Notes: a model not told the origin generated them from the sequence alone. DNA of 38,435 nucleotides from a virus (IMGVR_UViG_2778261530_000011), one strand, 5' to 3'. Positions 9,246 through 17,985 are shown, counted from the first letter of the stretch. Program-made: numbers and translations.

Positions 9246-9841
9246 TTTGCTGCTCCTCATCATATCGACCCTGCAAGGTCGGTTGGTTTCTCCACAAAAC
9301 AGAGAAGAACACCTGCGGTGGCAGCCGCCCGGATGGATTGGGTTATGAGCCCGTCGTCCGGTGATGCTCTTCTCTGTTTTGTAAAAAGAGCGGTACCAGC
9401 CGGAAGCAAGTGTACAAACTGGTACCGCCAAAGCAGTGGCTGTTGTGGTGGGGTTGTCACTCAGGCGTATGGTCAACCTGACAATCCGGTGTCCTCAACG
9501 GGGAAAGAGTAACCCAGCCATACTTACCGCCGCGCCATTTCGCGGATGACCACAACGCTGAGAGCACTTAGCCAGTTACGGCACCACACTTTGTCGCGGC
9601 TCCATAAATGCCCTCATCGTTGCACCCTGGTCTCTTCCCAGGCGTCAAACCGGATCGCCACGCTGGTTAGGCGTCTTATCAGCATCATCATTGACTTGCA
9701 CATTCCGGCTACCTGGTTTGTTTGCCCTAGCAAGGAGTGGATTGTCCCCTTTAACGTCCCCAGACCGCTAACGACGCATGTGCCATACGCCGTGTTACAA
9801 CCAAATTTTGTTTGAATCTTGCCTGCCTCATGTTTCTTTTG

Positions 9842-9867
9842 GATACATTATGTATCTCATGGGTACA
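9842..9867. promoter_or_regulatory. Candidate left operator (OL-like): overlapping palindromes GATACAT-TA-ATGTATC and TGTAT-N7-GTACA
   Basis: Dyad symmetry read directly; shares the TGTAY-N7-GTACA motif with the cI-cro intergenic sites. Confidence 0.4.
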
Positions 9868-9876
9868 TTGTCAAGT

Positions 9877-9901
9877 ATAAAAAAACCTGCCGAAGCAGGT
9901 T
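9877..9901 (-). terminator. Rho-independent terminator downstream of cI
   Basis: On the minus strand, GC stem cctgc / gcagg with 4-nt loop followed by a T-run (A-run 9879-9885 on +), 13 nt past the cI stop. Confidence 0.6.
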
Positions 9902-9913
9902 CATAAATATTGA

Positions 9914-10588
9914 TTAGGCCTTTATTGTGTATCTTCTTGGTTTTCCCGAGAAAATCACTGTACCAATTATAGAGCAATTACCGTTAATCTTAATGTAAGG
10001 CTCAGGCCAGTTTGGGTTTAATGCTTTGAGATAACGCTGTGTTCCATCTTCTATCAATCGCTTGAAGGTGGTTTCGCCTGTATCGTGCATCAATGCAATA
10101 ACGTCGTCACCGTGGCAGGCAGGGACTTCGGGATCAACAAAAATCATGTCTCCAGGGCGGTACTCATCAATCATTGAATCACCAATCACCCGCAAGATAT
10201 AAGTCATTTCGCCACAGGGTACAGGGCAGGGATACGTTTCTGCTGTGCTCAAATCAACCTCAGAATAGCCAACTTCTTTCCATGCTCCGGCCTGTACCCA
10301 TGATATGACAGGGACTAACGTTATTTGTTTGTTAGTGATTGAAACATCAGGTTTTTTTGTGATGTTCGTTGTCTGGTGTTCTTGATCAAGCCATCCGACA
10401 GGCAGGTCGAAACATTTTTCGATGTGCCGTGCCATGCTGTCACCGATATTTTTAGTAGCGCCATCCCCCATAAACCTGCTGGTTTGGGTTGGCTCGCGAT
10501 CAATCATGGTGGCAAAGGATGAATTTCCGCCAACACCATCTCTCAGTTTTCTGGCGTTAGACCGCCGGATGTCATGGATTGTTTTCAT
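9914..10588 (-). CDS. cI: CI-type prophage repressor (N-terminal HTH, C-terminal S24 LexA-like autopeptidase)
   Basis: 224-aa ORF; GDSM serine motif and downstream Lys of S24 peptidases; divergent from a Cro-like gene; ATG at 10588 has no SD, consistent with a leaderless PRM-type transcript. Confidence 0.85.
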   Translation of the reverse strand: MKTIHDIRRSNARKLRDGVGGNSSFATMIDREPTQTSRFMGDGATKNIGDSMARHIEKCFDLPVGWLDQEHQTTNITKKPDVSITNKQITLVPVISWVQAGAWKEVGYSEVDLSTAETYPCPVPCGEMTYILRVIGDSMIDEYRPGDMIFVDPEVPACHGDDVIALMHDTGETTFKRLIEDGTQRYLKALNPNWPEPYIKINGNCSIIGTVIFSGKPRRYTIKA

Positions 10589-10604
10589 AACGAAATTAAA
10601 ACCT

Positions 10605-10623
10605 TTGTACCGATAAGGTACAA
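10605..10623. promoter_or_regulatory. Operator palindrome TTGTACC-GATAA-GGTACAA in the cI-cro intergenic region
   Basis: Perfect 7-5-7 inverted repeat 17 nt upstream of the cI start; a second TGTAT-N7-GTACA site lies at 10656-10672. Confidence 0.55.
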
Positions 10624-10678
10624 GTATCTTGAAGGTTCATTTCAATCATGTAATATGTATACTGGAGGTACATATTGT

Positions 10679-10879
10679 ATGAAAGCGTATTGGGACTCTT
10701 TAACCAAAGAACAGCAGGGCGAGTTGGCCGGAAAAGTTGGCTCAACACCTGGCTACTTACGGCTGGTTTTCAATGGTTATAAAAAAGCCAGTTTTGTGCT
10801 GGCGAAAAAACTTGAGCAATGCACGTCAGGTGCAATTACGAAATCTGACTTAAGACCGGATATCTATCCGAAAGATTAA
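10679..10879 (+). CDS. cro: Cro/YdaS-like small HTH regulator
   Basis: ATG at 10679 with GGAGG SD; 66 aa; divergent from cI; the track's longer ORF from 10574 would span the operators. Confidence 0.7.
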   Translation: MKAYWDSLTKEQQGELAGKVGSTPGYLRLVFNGYKKASFVLAKKLEQCTSGAITKSDLRPDIYPKD

Positions 10880-10910
10880 CAGAACACCTTCAATTTTTAA
10901 CCACAGAACG

Positions 10911-11474
10911 ATGAGGCTAACCGTGGGTAAGTATCACTGGAAAGTAGAAAAACAGCCTGAGTGGTACGTGAAAGCTGTCAGAAAAACTATCGCAGCGTTG
11001 CCGGGTGGTTACGCTGAAGCAGCTGACTGGCTGGATGTAACAGAGAACGCATTATTTAACCGCCTTCGTGCCGATGGCGATCAGATTTTCCCGCTGGGAT
11101 GGGCAATGGTTTTACAGCGCGCGGCTGACACTCACTACATTGCGGATGCTGTCGCACAGTCTGCTGGTGGGGTGTTCGTATCGCTTCCTGAAATTGAGGA
11201 AGTAGAGAACGCCGATATAAACCAGCGCCTGCTGGAAGTCATCGAACAGATCGGGAATTACTCAAAGCAGATTCGTTCGGCAATCGAAGATGGGGTCGTG
11301 GAGCCACACGAGCAGACAGCAATTAATGATGAGTTGTATCTGTCAATTTCGAAGCTCCAAGAGCATGCAGCACTGGTCTACAAAATCTTTTGCGCTCCAG
11401 AAAAGAGTGACGCCCGCGAGTGTGCAGCTCCGGGCGTCGTGGCGTTTTGTGTCTGTGGAGAAACTAACGCATGA
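10911..11474 (+). CDS. YdaT-family / CII-like protein
   Basis: 187-aa ORF immediately after cro, as in Rac-type immunity regions; family assignment from recall. Confidence 0.5.
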   Translation: MRLTVGKYHWKVEKQPEWYVKAVRKTIAALPGGYAEAADWLDVTENALFNRLRADGDQIFPLGWAMVLQRAADTHYIADAVAQSAGGVFVSLPEIEEVENADINQRLLEVIEQIGNYSKQIRSAIEDGVVEPHEQTAINDELYLSISKLQEHAALVYKIFCAPEKSDARECAAPGVVAFCVCGETNA

Positions 11475-12307
11475 ACAGTTTAACGGCAAATAACCGTTTG
11501 TCGCAACAGCTGGTGGTCAGTGTCGCTGAACACCTGTTGTTACGGCATGAATGCAGATTACCAAATCACCTGGCTGTAAGTAACCACAGAGAACTTTACC
11601 TGACTGTGGGGGGCGAGTTGTGCGGGAACTTAACCGCTGGTTTCGTGACGGAAGAGGGCTTTATGTCCATGTTATTCGTTGGGAACCAGAAACACAGCGC
11701 GTTATCTATCTTCGCAAAGACTACCCGCATGAGTGCTTTAGTCCTTTGTGGAAATTCAGGCGTGATTTTGTTGAGTGTGAAGGACCACCAGCACATTGAT
11801 TCTGCCATTCCGGGACGTTACACTGTTCAGGCACCTTATAAAGCGGGTGACGGGATTGGCGTCCTGGAAATGTTATCGGCGATATATGACGCGCCAGCGT
11901 CTTTTTTATCGTCTGTGTCTGTGCACACCCAAATTATGGTGGGCTGGACGGGGGCACCGAAAGGTGCGCCGGTTTCCGATAACGCCGGTTACGCCAACCC
12001 CGTTCAGTTCACCACCAGCGAAATTGGCGTTTCCGGTGGTGAAGGTAATTCACTGTTATCGGAGGCTGCCATCATGGCTACTGTCCCAGCCCTCACTCGT
12101 CTGAATGATGAAGACTTACATAAACTCAGTTATGTAACAACTGCACTACGTGCTCTGCGCAAGGTAACTCTTTCGGATCCGCAGGCGCATCAGGTTTTGG
12201 TAGAAACCCTTCTTAACTTGCAGGCTGAACGTATTCGTCTGGCGGATAAGGCTAATTTTCATATTCACCGTCTCCTGAATATCAGCGGAGGGCATCGTCA
12301 TGCTTAA
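11471..12307 (+). CDS. Hypothetical protein
   Basis: 278-aa ORF; ATGA start/stop overlap with the upstream gene; no recognisable Walker motifs. Confidence 0.55.
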   Translation: MNSLTANNRLSQQLVVSVAEHLLLRHECRLPNHLAVSNHRELYLTVGGELCGNLTAGFVTEEGFMSMLFVGNQKHSALSIFAKTTRMSALVLCGNSGVILLSVKDHQHIDSAIPGRYTVQAPYKAGDGIGVLEMLSAIYDAPASFLSSVSVHTQIMVGWTGAPKGAPVSDNAGYANPVQFTTSEIGVSGGEGNSLLSEAAIMATVPALTRLNDEDLHKLSYVTTALRALRKVTLSDPQAHQVLVETLLNLQAERIRLADKANFHIHRLLNISGGHRHA

Positions 12308-12532
12308 TCCGTTGATCCTCAATATTTGCCGTTTGCTTCAGCGTAAAAAAACATCAATTCCTACAGTTGGGCAGTGGTACACCACGCCTGCAGGGCATGT
12401 TCTACGTGTTAGCCTGGTTGACCGTGAATGTCAGAAGGTGATTTGTGAACCGCTGGGCCGTAATTACCGCATCAGTATGCCGCTTATAGCCTTTTGCTCC
12501 GGAAAAAACATGAAGCATCTCGGAGGTGCAGC

Positions 12533-13351
12533 ATGAGTATGGAGCTGATGGTTAAAGCGATGAAAATTCGAGTGGGTAATCCATTGCGAAAACTGGTTCT
12601 GATCAAGCTGGCTGATAATGCCAGCGATCAGGGTGAGTGCTGGCCCAGCTACCAGCATATTGCTGACCAGTGCGAGATTAGCAAACGTTCTGTGATGAAT
12701 CATATTGCGGCCCTTTGTGATTCCGGGCTGGTAAAAAAAGTCACCCGGAAAGGTGAAAAAGGTAACTCAAGTAATATCTATCTCCTTCATCTTGATGGTG
12801 CAGGAGATTCACTAGGGGGTAGTGCAAATAATTCACTATCTGGTGCAGCAAATTCACCAGGTAGTGCAGGAGTTGCACCAGGGGGTGGTGCAGGAGATTC
12901 ACCCAGAACCAGTCACTCTTTTGAACCAGTCAAAGAACCAGTCAATGAACCAATAGCTGTTGGTGCATCTGCTGATGAGTCTGTGCGAGTTCGTTCAAAC
13001 CGACCGGAATACTCTCCGGAGTTTGAGCAGGCATGGCTGGCATACCCCAAACGTGCTGGTGGCAATTCAAAATCTGCAGCCTTCAAAGCCTGGAAAGCCC
13101 GTTTGAATGAGGGGGTAAAACCCGAAACCATGCTGGAAGGTGTGAAACGCTACGCGGGCTGGGTATCTGCGATGGGTAACAGCGGCACACAATTTGTGAA
13201 ACAGGCTGTCACGTTCTTTGGTCCGGATCGTCATTTCGAAGAATCCTGGGAAGTTCCTGCGGTATCTGCAGCCAGACGCGAGGACCCGTACTTCAAAGCC
13301 AGTTACGACAACGTGGACTACAGCCAGATCCCGGCAGGATTCAGGGGGTGA
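12533..13351 (+). CDS. Replication initiator (O-like) with N-terminal HTH and internal origin iterons
   Basis: ATG at 12533 with GGAGG SD; N-terminal HTH (SYQHIADQCEISKRSVMNHIAAL); tandem DNA repeats inside the coding sequence as in lambda O/ori. Confidence 0.65.
   Translation: MSMELMVKAMKIRVGNPLRKLVLIKLADNASDQGECWPSYQHIADQCEISKRSVMNHIAALCDSGLVKKVTRKGEKGNSSNIYLLHLDGAGDSLGGSANNSLSGAANSPGSAGVAPGGGAGDSPRTSHSFEPVKEPVNEPIAVGASADESVRVRSNRPEYSPEFEQAWLAYPKRAGGNSKSAAFKAWKARLNEGVKPETMLEGVKRYAGWVSAMGNSGTQFVKQAVTFFGPDRHFEESWEVPAVSAARREDPYFKASYDNVDYSQIPAGFRG
12797..12945. repeat. Candidate origin iterons: about five GGTGCAG...ATTCAC-type repeats at roughly 20-bp spacing, then three GAACCAGTCA direct repeats
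   Basis: ggtgcaggagattcac occurs at 12797 and 12887 with degenerate copies between; gaaccagtca at about 12906, 12922 and 12935. Confidence 0.55.
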
Positions 13352-13353
13352 TC

Positions 13354-13842
13354 ATGAGTCTTTTGAATGAAGTTCAGAAATTCATTGAAGCCCATCCGGG
13401 CTGTACTTCCGGAGACATTGCGGATGCTTTTGCAGGTTACTCACGGCAGCGCGTTCTGCAGTCAGCAAGCAAGTTACGTCAGAGTGGGCGTGTGGCTCAC
13501 CGTTGTGAAGGAGATACACGCAGACATTTCCCGCGCCTGACTGAGAGAGCGCAGGAGCCGGAACCACAACCAGTTCGTGAAACCAGACCTGTGCGCAATT
13601 TCTATGTCGGCACTAACGATCCTCGGGTGATTTTGTGCCTGACCCGCCAGGCTGAAGAGCTGGAGTCCAGGGGTTTATACCGTCGTGCTGCAACGGTGTG
13701 GATGGCGGCATTCCGAGAAAGCCACTCCCAGCCAGAACGAAACAATTTTCTGGCGCGTCGTGAGCAGTGCTTACGGAAAAGCAGCAAGCGAGCTGTATCG
13801 GGTGATGAGTGGTATCTGTCAGGGAATTACGTGGGGGCTTAA
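13354..13842 (+). CDS. PerC-family transcriptional regulator-like protein
   Basis: RGLYRRAATVWMAA motif resembles the conserved PerC/Pch core; start could instead be the GTG at 13348. Confidence 0.5.
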   Translation: MSLLNEVQKFIEAHPGCTSGDIADAFAGYSRQRVLQSASKLRQSGRVAHRCEGDTRRHFPRLTERAQEPEPQPVRETRPVRNFYVGTNDPRVILCLTRQAEELESRGLYRRAATVWMAAFRESHSQPERNNFLARREQCLRKSSKRAVSGDEWYLSGNYVGA

Positions 13843-14495
13843 TGAGTAATAAATATTGCCAGGCGCTGGTGGAACTGCGGAACAAACCAGCCCATGAACT
13901 GAAAGAAGTGGGCGATCAGTGGCGCACGCCGAACAACATTTTCTGGGGAATTAACACCCTGTTTGGCCCGTTTGTTCTGGATCTGTTCACCGACGGTGAT
14001 AACGCCAAATGTGCCGCGTATTACACGGCGGAAGACAATGCGCTGGCGCATGACTGGTCAGAACGTCTTGCGGAGCTTAAAGGTGCTGCCTTTGGTAATC
14101 CCCCATACAGCCGCGCCAGTCAGCATGAGGGGCAATACATCACTGGCATGCGTTACATCATGAAGCATGCCAGTTCCATGCGTGATAAAGGCGGGCGCTA
14201 TGTTTTCCTGATCAAAGCTGCCACCAGCGAAGTGTGGTGGCCGGAAGACGCAGACCATATTGCTTTTATTCGCGGGCGTATTGGTTTTGAACTGCCTGCC
14301 TGGTTTATCCCGAAGGATGAGAAGCAGGTGCCGACAGGCGCTTTCTTCGCTGGTGCTATTGCTGTTTTCGACAAGACCTGGAAGGGACCGGCAATCAGCT
14401 ACATCGGGCGCGATGAACTTGAGGCATGTGGTGAGGCGTTTCTGGCGCAGGTTCGCCAGCAGGCGGAAAAACTGGTCAGGGAGATGGCGGCATGA
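13842..14495 (+). CDS. Phage N6-adenine DNA methyltransferase (Dam-like)
   Basis: NPPY catalytic motif (FGNPPYS); ATG at 13842 overlaps the upstream stop (TAATG). Confidence 0.8.
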   Translation: MSNKYCQALVELRNKPAHELKEVGDQWRTPNNIFWGINTLFGPFVLDLFTDGDNAKCAAYYTAEDNALAHDWSERLAELKGAAFGNPPYSRASQHEGQYITGMRYIMKHASSMRDKGGRYVFLIKAATSEVWWPEDADHIAFIRGRIGFELPAWFIPKDEKQVPTGAFFAGAIAVFDKTWKGPAISYIGRDELEACGEAFLAQVRQQAEKLVREMAA

Positions 14496-14818
14496 CGACG
14501 TTAACTCAATGCCAGCAGCAGGTGCTGGATATGCTGATTTCTTACCAGCAAGAACGTGGCTTCCCGCCAACCAATCAGGAGGTGGCAACCATGCTGGGAT
14601 ACCGTTCAGTGAATGCAGCGGTGGAGCATCTTCGCGCACTGGAGAAAAAAGGCGTCATCACGATAAAGCGTGGCGTGGCCCGGGGCATCACGCTTCATAC
14701 CGCGGTGAAGGACGACGACAGCGAGGCGGTCGGGATTATCCGCGCACTGCTTGCCGGTGAGGAAAACGCCAGGCTGCGTGCAGCCCACTGGTTACATGAG
14801 AGGGAGCTGAAAGTATGA
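14492..14818 (+). CDS. LexA-N-terminal-domain-like winged-helix DNA-binding protein
   Basis: 108-aa ORF; LexA DNA-binding-domain-like N-terminus; overlaps both neighbours by 4 nt. Confidence 0.55.
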   Translation: MTTLTQCQQQVLDMLISYQQERGFPPTNQEVATMLGYRSVNAAVEHLRALEKKGVITIKRGVARGITLHTAVKDDDSEAVGIIRALLAGEENARLRAAHWLHERELKV

Positions 14819-15204
14819 AGCTGATTCTGCCTTTTCCGCCCAGCGTGAACACGTACTGGCGACACCCCAACAAAGGGGCGTTTGCTGGTAAGAGCCTGAT
14901 AAGCGCGGCGGGGCGAAAATTCCAGAGCGCGGCGTGCGCAGCAATAGTTGAGCAGTTACGTCGTCTGCCGAAACCAACGTCGGCACCTGCTTCAGTGGAG
15001 ATCGTGTTGTTTCCTCCGGATAACAGGAGCCGCGATCTGGACAACTATAACAAGGCGCTGTTTGACGCCCTGACCCACGCGGGGGTGTGGGAAGACGACA
15101 GTCAGGTGAAAAGAATGCTGGTGGAGTGGGGACCGGTTATCCCGGAAGGGAAGGTCGAGATCACTATCAGTAAGTACGAGAAAACGGCGGGTGCAGCTGC
15201 CTGA
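14815..15204 (+). CDS. rusA: RusA Holliday-junction resolvase
   Basis: 129 aa; conserved acidic motif DLDNYNKALFDAL; nin-region position. Confidence 0.85.
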   Translation: MKLILPFPPSVNTYWRHPNKGAFAGKSLISAAGRKFQSAACAAIVEQLRRLPKPTSAPASVEIVLFPPDNRSRDLDNYNKALFDALTHAGVWEDDSQVKRMLVEWGPVIPEGKVEITISKYEKTAGAAA

Positions 15205-15223
15205 TTAAGAGGAGAAACGAAGT

Positions 15224-16033
15224 ATGAATAATCTGATGGTCATTGATGGTATTGAAGTTCGTCGTGATGCTTATGGGCGTTACAGCCTGAACGATCTGCA
15301 TCGCGCAGCAGTAGCATCTGGTGCAAATGCCAGAACCAAGGAGCCAGGAAAGTTTCTTTCCAGCCAACAAACTGTTGAGCTTGTTCATGAATTAACCAAC
15401 ACCCAGAATTTGGGTGTTGACCCGGTGAGTGTGATTCATGGGGGAAATGAACGGGGAACGTATGTCTGTAAGGAACTGGTGTATGCCTATGCAATGTGGA
15501 TCAGCCCGTCATTCCATCTGAAGGTGATCCGTACTTTCGATATGGTAACCAGCGCGCCGGAAAAGTTATCCGGACAGGCTGCTGACAAGATGCAGGCTGG
15601 CGTGATTCTGCTGGACTTTATGCGCCGGGAGTTAAATCTGTCTAACTCATCTGTGCTTGGGGCCTGTCAGAAACTCCAGGAGGCTGTTGGCTTACCGAAT
15701 CTGGCACCGCGCTATGCCATTGATGCACCTGCTGACGCGCCTGATGGCTCAAGCCGCCCGACGCTGTCGCTGAGTGCACTGCTGAAGCAGTATGGTATCC
15801 GCCTGACGGCTAATCAGGCATATCACCAGATGGCGAAGCTGGGGATCGTTGAACAACGCGAACGATACAGCCGTACCGCGATTAACAACATCAAAAAATT
15901 CTGGTCGCTGACAGCGAAAGGTTGCATGTTCGGCAAGAACATCACCAGTCCCGCAAATCCGCGCGAGACGCAGCCGCATTTCTTCGAATCCCGATTCCCT
16001 GAGCTGTTAAAGCTGCTCGATACCGTTCATTGA
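15224..16033 (+). CDS. KilA-N domain protein (possible antirepressor/Bro-like)
   Basis: 269 aa; N-terminal KilA-N-like region (YSLNDLHRAA...TKEP). Confidence 0.65.
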   Translation: MNNLMVIDGIEVRRDAYGRYSLNDLHRAAVASGANARTKEPGKFLSSQQTVELVHELTNTQNLGVDPVSVIHGGNERGTYVCKELVYAYAMWISPSFHLKVIRTFDMVTSAPEKLSGQAADKMQAGVILLDFMRRELNLSNSSVLGACQKLQEAVGLPNLAPRYAIDAPADAPDGSSRPTLSLSALLKQYGIRLTANQAYHQMAKLGIVEQRERYSRTAINNIKKFWSLTAKGCMFGKNITSPANPRETQPHFFESRFPELLKLLDTVH

Positions 16034-16034
16034 G

Positions 16035-17030
16035 GTGACCGTGAGAGCACTACTGACCCCTGAAATTGCCCCGCGTATGGGGATCGTATTGTTCAGGCCA
16101 GGTTCAGAGCTGATGCCCCTGTTTATGCAGGGGCGTGTCCTGCTGGAGCCTGAGCCGGAACGTTATTCATCTTTCGCCAGTGGTGCCGTTCCGGCTGCAT
16201 CACAACCGCTGGCGGATGATCCTGCCGTTCGGGCCGTGTTCCGCAATGAGGCAGTGATCCGTCGTGCTGGTGGCGTGGAATGTCTTGAAAGCTGTTTACT
16301 TCGTGAAAAAGGCTGCCAGTGGCCTCATTCCGACTGGCACAGCGAGAACATGACCACAATGCGACACGCGCCGGGCGCAATCCGTCTGTGCTGGCACTGC
16401 GATAACCAGCTGCGCGATCAGTTCACGGAACGGCTGGAATCAATGGCAACGGATAACTGTGCCCGCTGGGTGTTGTCTGTTGTGCGTCGGGATCTCGGTT
16501 TTGATGACAGTCACGTTGTGACAATGCCGGAACTGTGCTGGTGGCTGATTCGTAATGATCTGGCGGATGCCTTACCGGAAAGTGCAGCCCGTAAGGCACT
16601 GAGATTACCGAAGCCTGTTGTGCCGTCTGTTACCCGGGAAAGTGACCTTGTGCCTTCGGTTCCTGCCACCAGCATCATCCAGGATAAGGCGAAAAAGGTG
16701 CTGGCGCTGAAAGTGGATCCGGAGTCGCCGGAGTCTTTTATGTTACGCCCAAAACGTCGCCGCTGGGTTAATGAAAAGTACACGCGGTGGGTTAAGACAC
16801 AGCCGTGTGCATGTTGTGGAAAGCCCGCTGATGATCCCCACCACCTGATAGGTCACGGTCAGGGTGGAATGGGAACAAAAGCGCATGACCTTTTTGTGTT
16901 GCCTTTGTGCAGAAAGCATCACGACGAGCTGCATGCGGATACCGTGGCATTTGAAGAGAAGTATGGCTCCCAGCTGGAGCTGATATTTCGTTTTATCGAT
17001 CGTGCGCTGGCAATTGGCGTGCTGGCCTGA
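16035..17030 (+). CDS. DUF968-family protein with C-terminal Cys/His-rich HNH-like motif
   Basis: 331 aa; C-terminal CACCGKPADDPHHLIGHGQGG...CRKHHDELH; start codon (GTG 16035 or later) uncertain. Confidence 0.65.
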   Translation: MTVRALLTPEIAPRMGIVLFRPGSELMPLFMQGRVLLEPEPERYSSFASGAVPAASQPLADDPAVRAVFRNEAVIRRAGGVECLESCLLREKGCQWPHSDWHSENMTTMRHAPGAIRLCWHCDNQLRDQFTERLESMATDNCARWVLSVVRRDLGFDDSHVVTMPELCWWLIRNDLADALPESAARKALRLPKPVVPSVTRESDLVPSVPATSIIQDKAKKVLALKVDPESPESFMLRPKRRRWVNEKYTRWVKTQPCACCGKPADDPHHLIGHGQGGMGTKAHDLFVLPLCRKHHDELHADTVAFEEKYGSQLELIFRFIDRALAIGVLA

Positions 17031-17047
17031 TTTTGTGGAGAAAGTTG

Positions 17048-17410
17048 ATGCGTGATATGTATGAAGTATTGGACCGCTGGGGAGCATGGGCTGCAGCAGA
17101 AAATAGTGGTGTGGACTGGCAGCCGATAGCGGCTGGTTTCAAGGGACTTTTACCACACGGTAAAAAGTCACGTCTCCAGTGTGATGATGATGAAGGCATC
17201 ATGATAGACGGTTGTGTGGCTCGGTTGCGAAAGTATAAACCAGAGGAATATGAGCTAATCATAGCTCACTTTGTTATTGGTATCTCATTACGCACTATTG
17301 CCAAGAAGAGAAGATGTTCAGATGGCACAATTAGGAAGGAATTGCAGACTGCCATGGGGTTTATCAGCGGTGTAATAATAACTATAAACCCCATTATGGT
17401 AGTTAATTAA
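17048..17410 (+). CDS. Late-gene antiterminator Q-like protein (small Q family)
   Basis: ATG at 17048 with GGAG SD; 120 aa; last + strand gene before the lysis cassette; family assignment from recall and position. Confidence 0.55.
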   Translation: MRDMYEVLDRWGAWAAAENSGVDWQPIAAGFKGLLPHGKKSRLQCDDDEGIMIDGCVARLRKYKPEEYELIIAHFVIGISLRTIAKKRRCSDGTIRKELQTAMGFISGVIITINPIMVVN

Positions 17411-17978
17411 TGTGAATCCTATCACCAAGATAGTATAGTCCAAAAAATGTTGAAACAAGCATTTGCCATGTAAGGAATAAAAAGATAATGATATAGCACC
17501 AGTTTGCTATATCATTATTCAGTATGTTTATTAGTGGTGTGATAAAAGCGTTGAAAATCACTATGCATATGCTGAGGGCAGTTAAAAATGAAAATAACAT
17601 GCACAGAAATAATCTTCTGGTAAGTTTCTCTTGAGTGTCAACAATTCTACCATTTTCTTTTGTTCGTGTAATTTTAATAAAAGGAGTGCCATTAGTTCCT
17701 ATCAGAGGGTAGTCAATTTGTTCTCTGTTGAAAGTGGCTATTGCTGCAAGAGCTGCTATATAAAAACCTGGCAGATTTGATACAAATCCAGATATAGACT
17801 TAATAAAGCCGCCATCTTTTAGTAGGTCTGATGTAGGTATTTTAAATAAATAAAAGTAAAAAAAAGAAATCACAGCAAGCCCGGCAGGTGCATAAAAATC
17901 GTATGCGCACTTACCACTAATTCCCTTAATGAAAAGGTAACCAAACGGTCTAAATAAATGTGAAAATATACTAATCAT
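17403..17978 (-). CDS. Multi-pass (about 4 TM) inner-membrane protein; second gene of AT-rich moron
   Basis: 191 aa with four hydrophobic helices; GAGG SD 7 nt upstream; 3' end overlaps the Q 3' end by 8 nt. Confidence 0.6.
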   Translation of the reverse strand: MISIFSHLFRPFGYLFIKGISGKCAYDFYAPAGLAVISFFYFYLFKIPTSDLLKDGGFIKSISGFVSNLPGFYIAALAAIATFNREQIDYPLIGTNGTPFIKITRTKENGRIVDTQEKLTRRLFLCMLFSFLTALSICIVIFNAFITPLINILNNDIANWCYIIIFLFLTWQMLVSTFFGLYYLGDRIHIN

Positions 17979-17985
17979 ATTAGCC

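Noticed and set aside
8883-9476. Longer 197-aa version of the first early-left gene
   Set aside because: The upstream 77 codons are Arg/Cys/Pro-rich and lack an RBS, whereas the internal ATG at 9245 has a GAGGAG SD.
9260-9815. Small ORFs (66, 64 and 89 aa) in the cI to early-left leader region
   Set aside because: No convincing RBS, odd Cys/His/Pro-rich composition, and they overlap the inverted repeats; the region is better explained as non-coding regulatory RNA or DNA. None resembles an N antiterminator.
10574-10678. N-terminal extension of the Cro-like ORF back to 10574
   Set aside because: It would read through the operator palindromes and overlap the cI start; the ATG at 10679 has a canonical GGAGG SD and gives a Cro-sized 66-aa protein.
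12797-12910. Possible CRISPR array suggested by short direct repeats
   Set aside because: The repeats are about 16 bp with irregular spacers, sit inside a coding gene and have no cas genes nearby; they fit replication-origin iterons, not CRISPR.
14058-14639. 193-aa minus-strand ORF overlapping the Dam-like methyltransferase
   Set aside because: Antisense to a motif-supported CDS; low-complexity translation.
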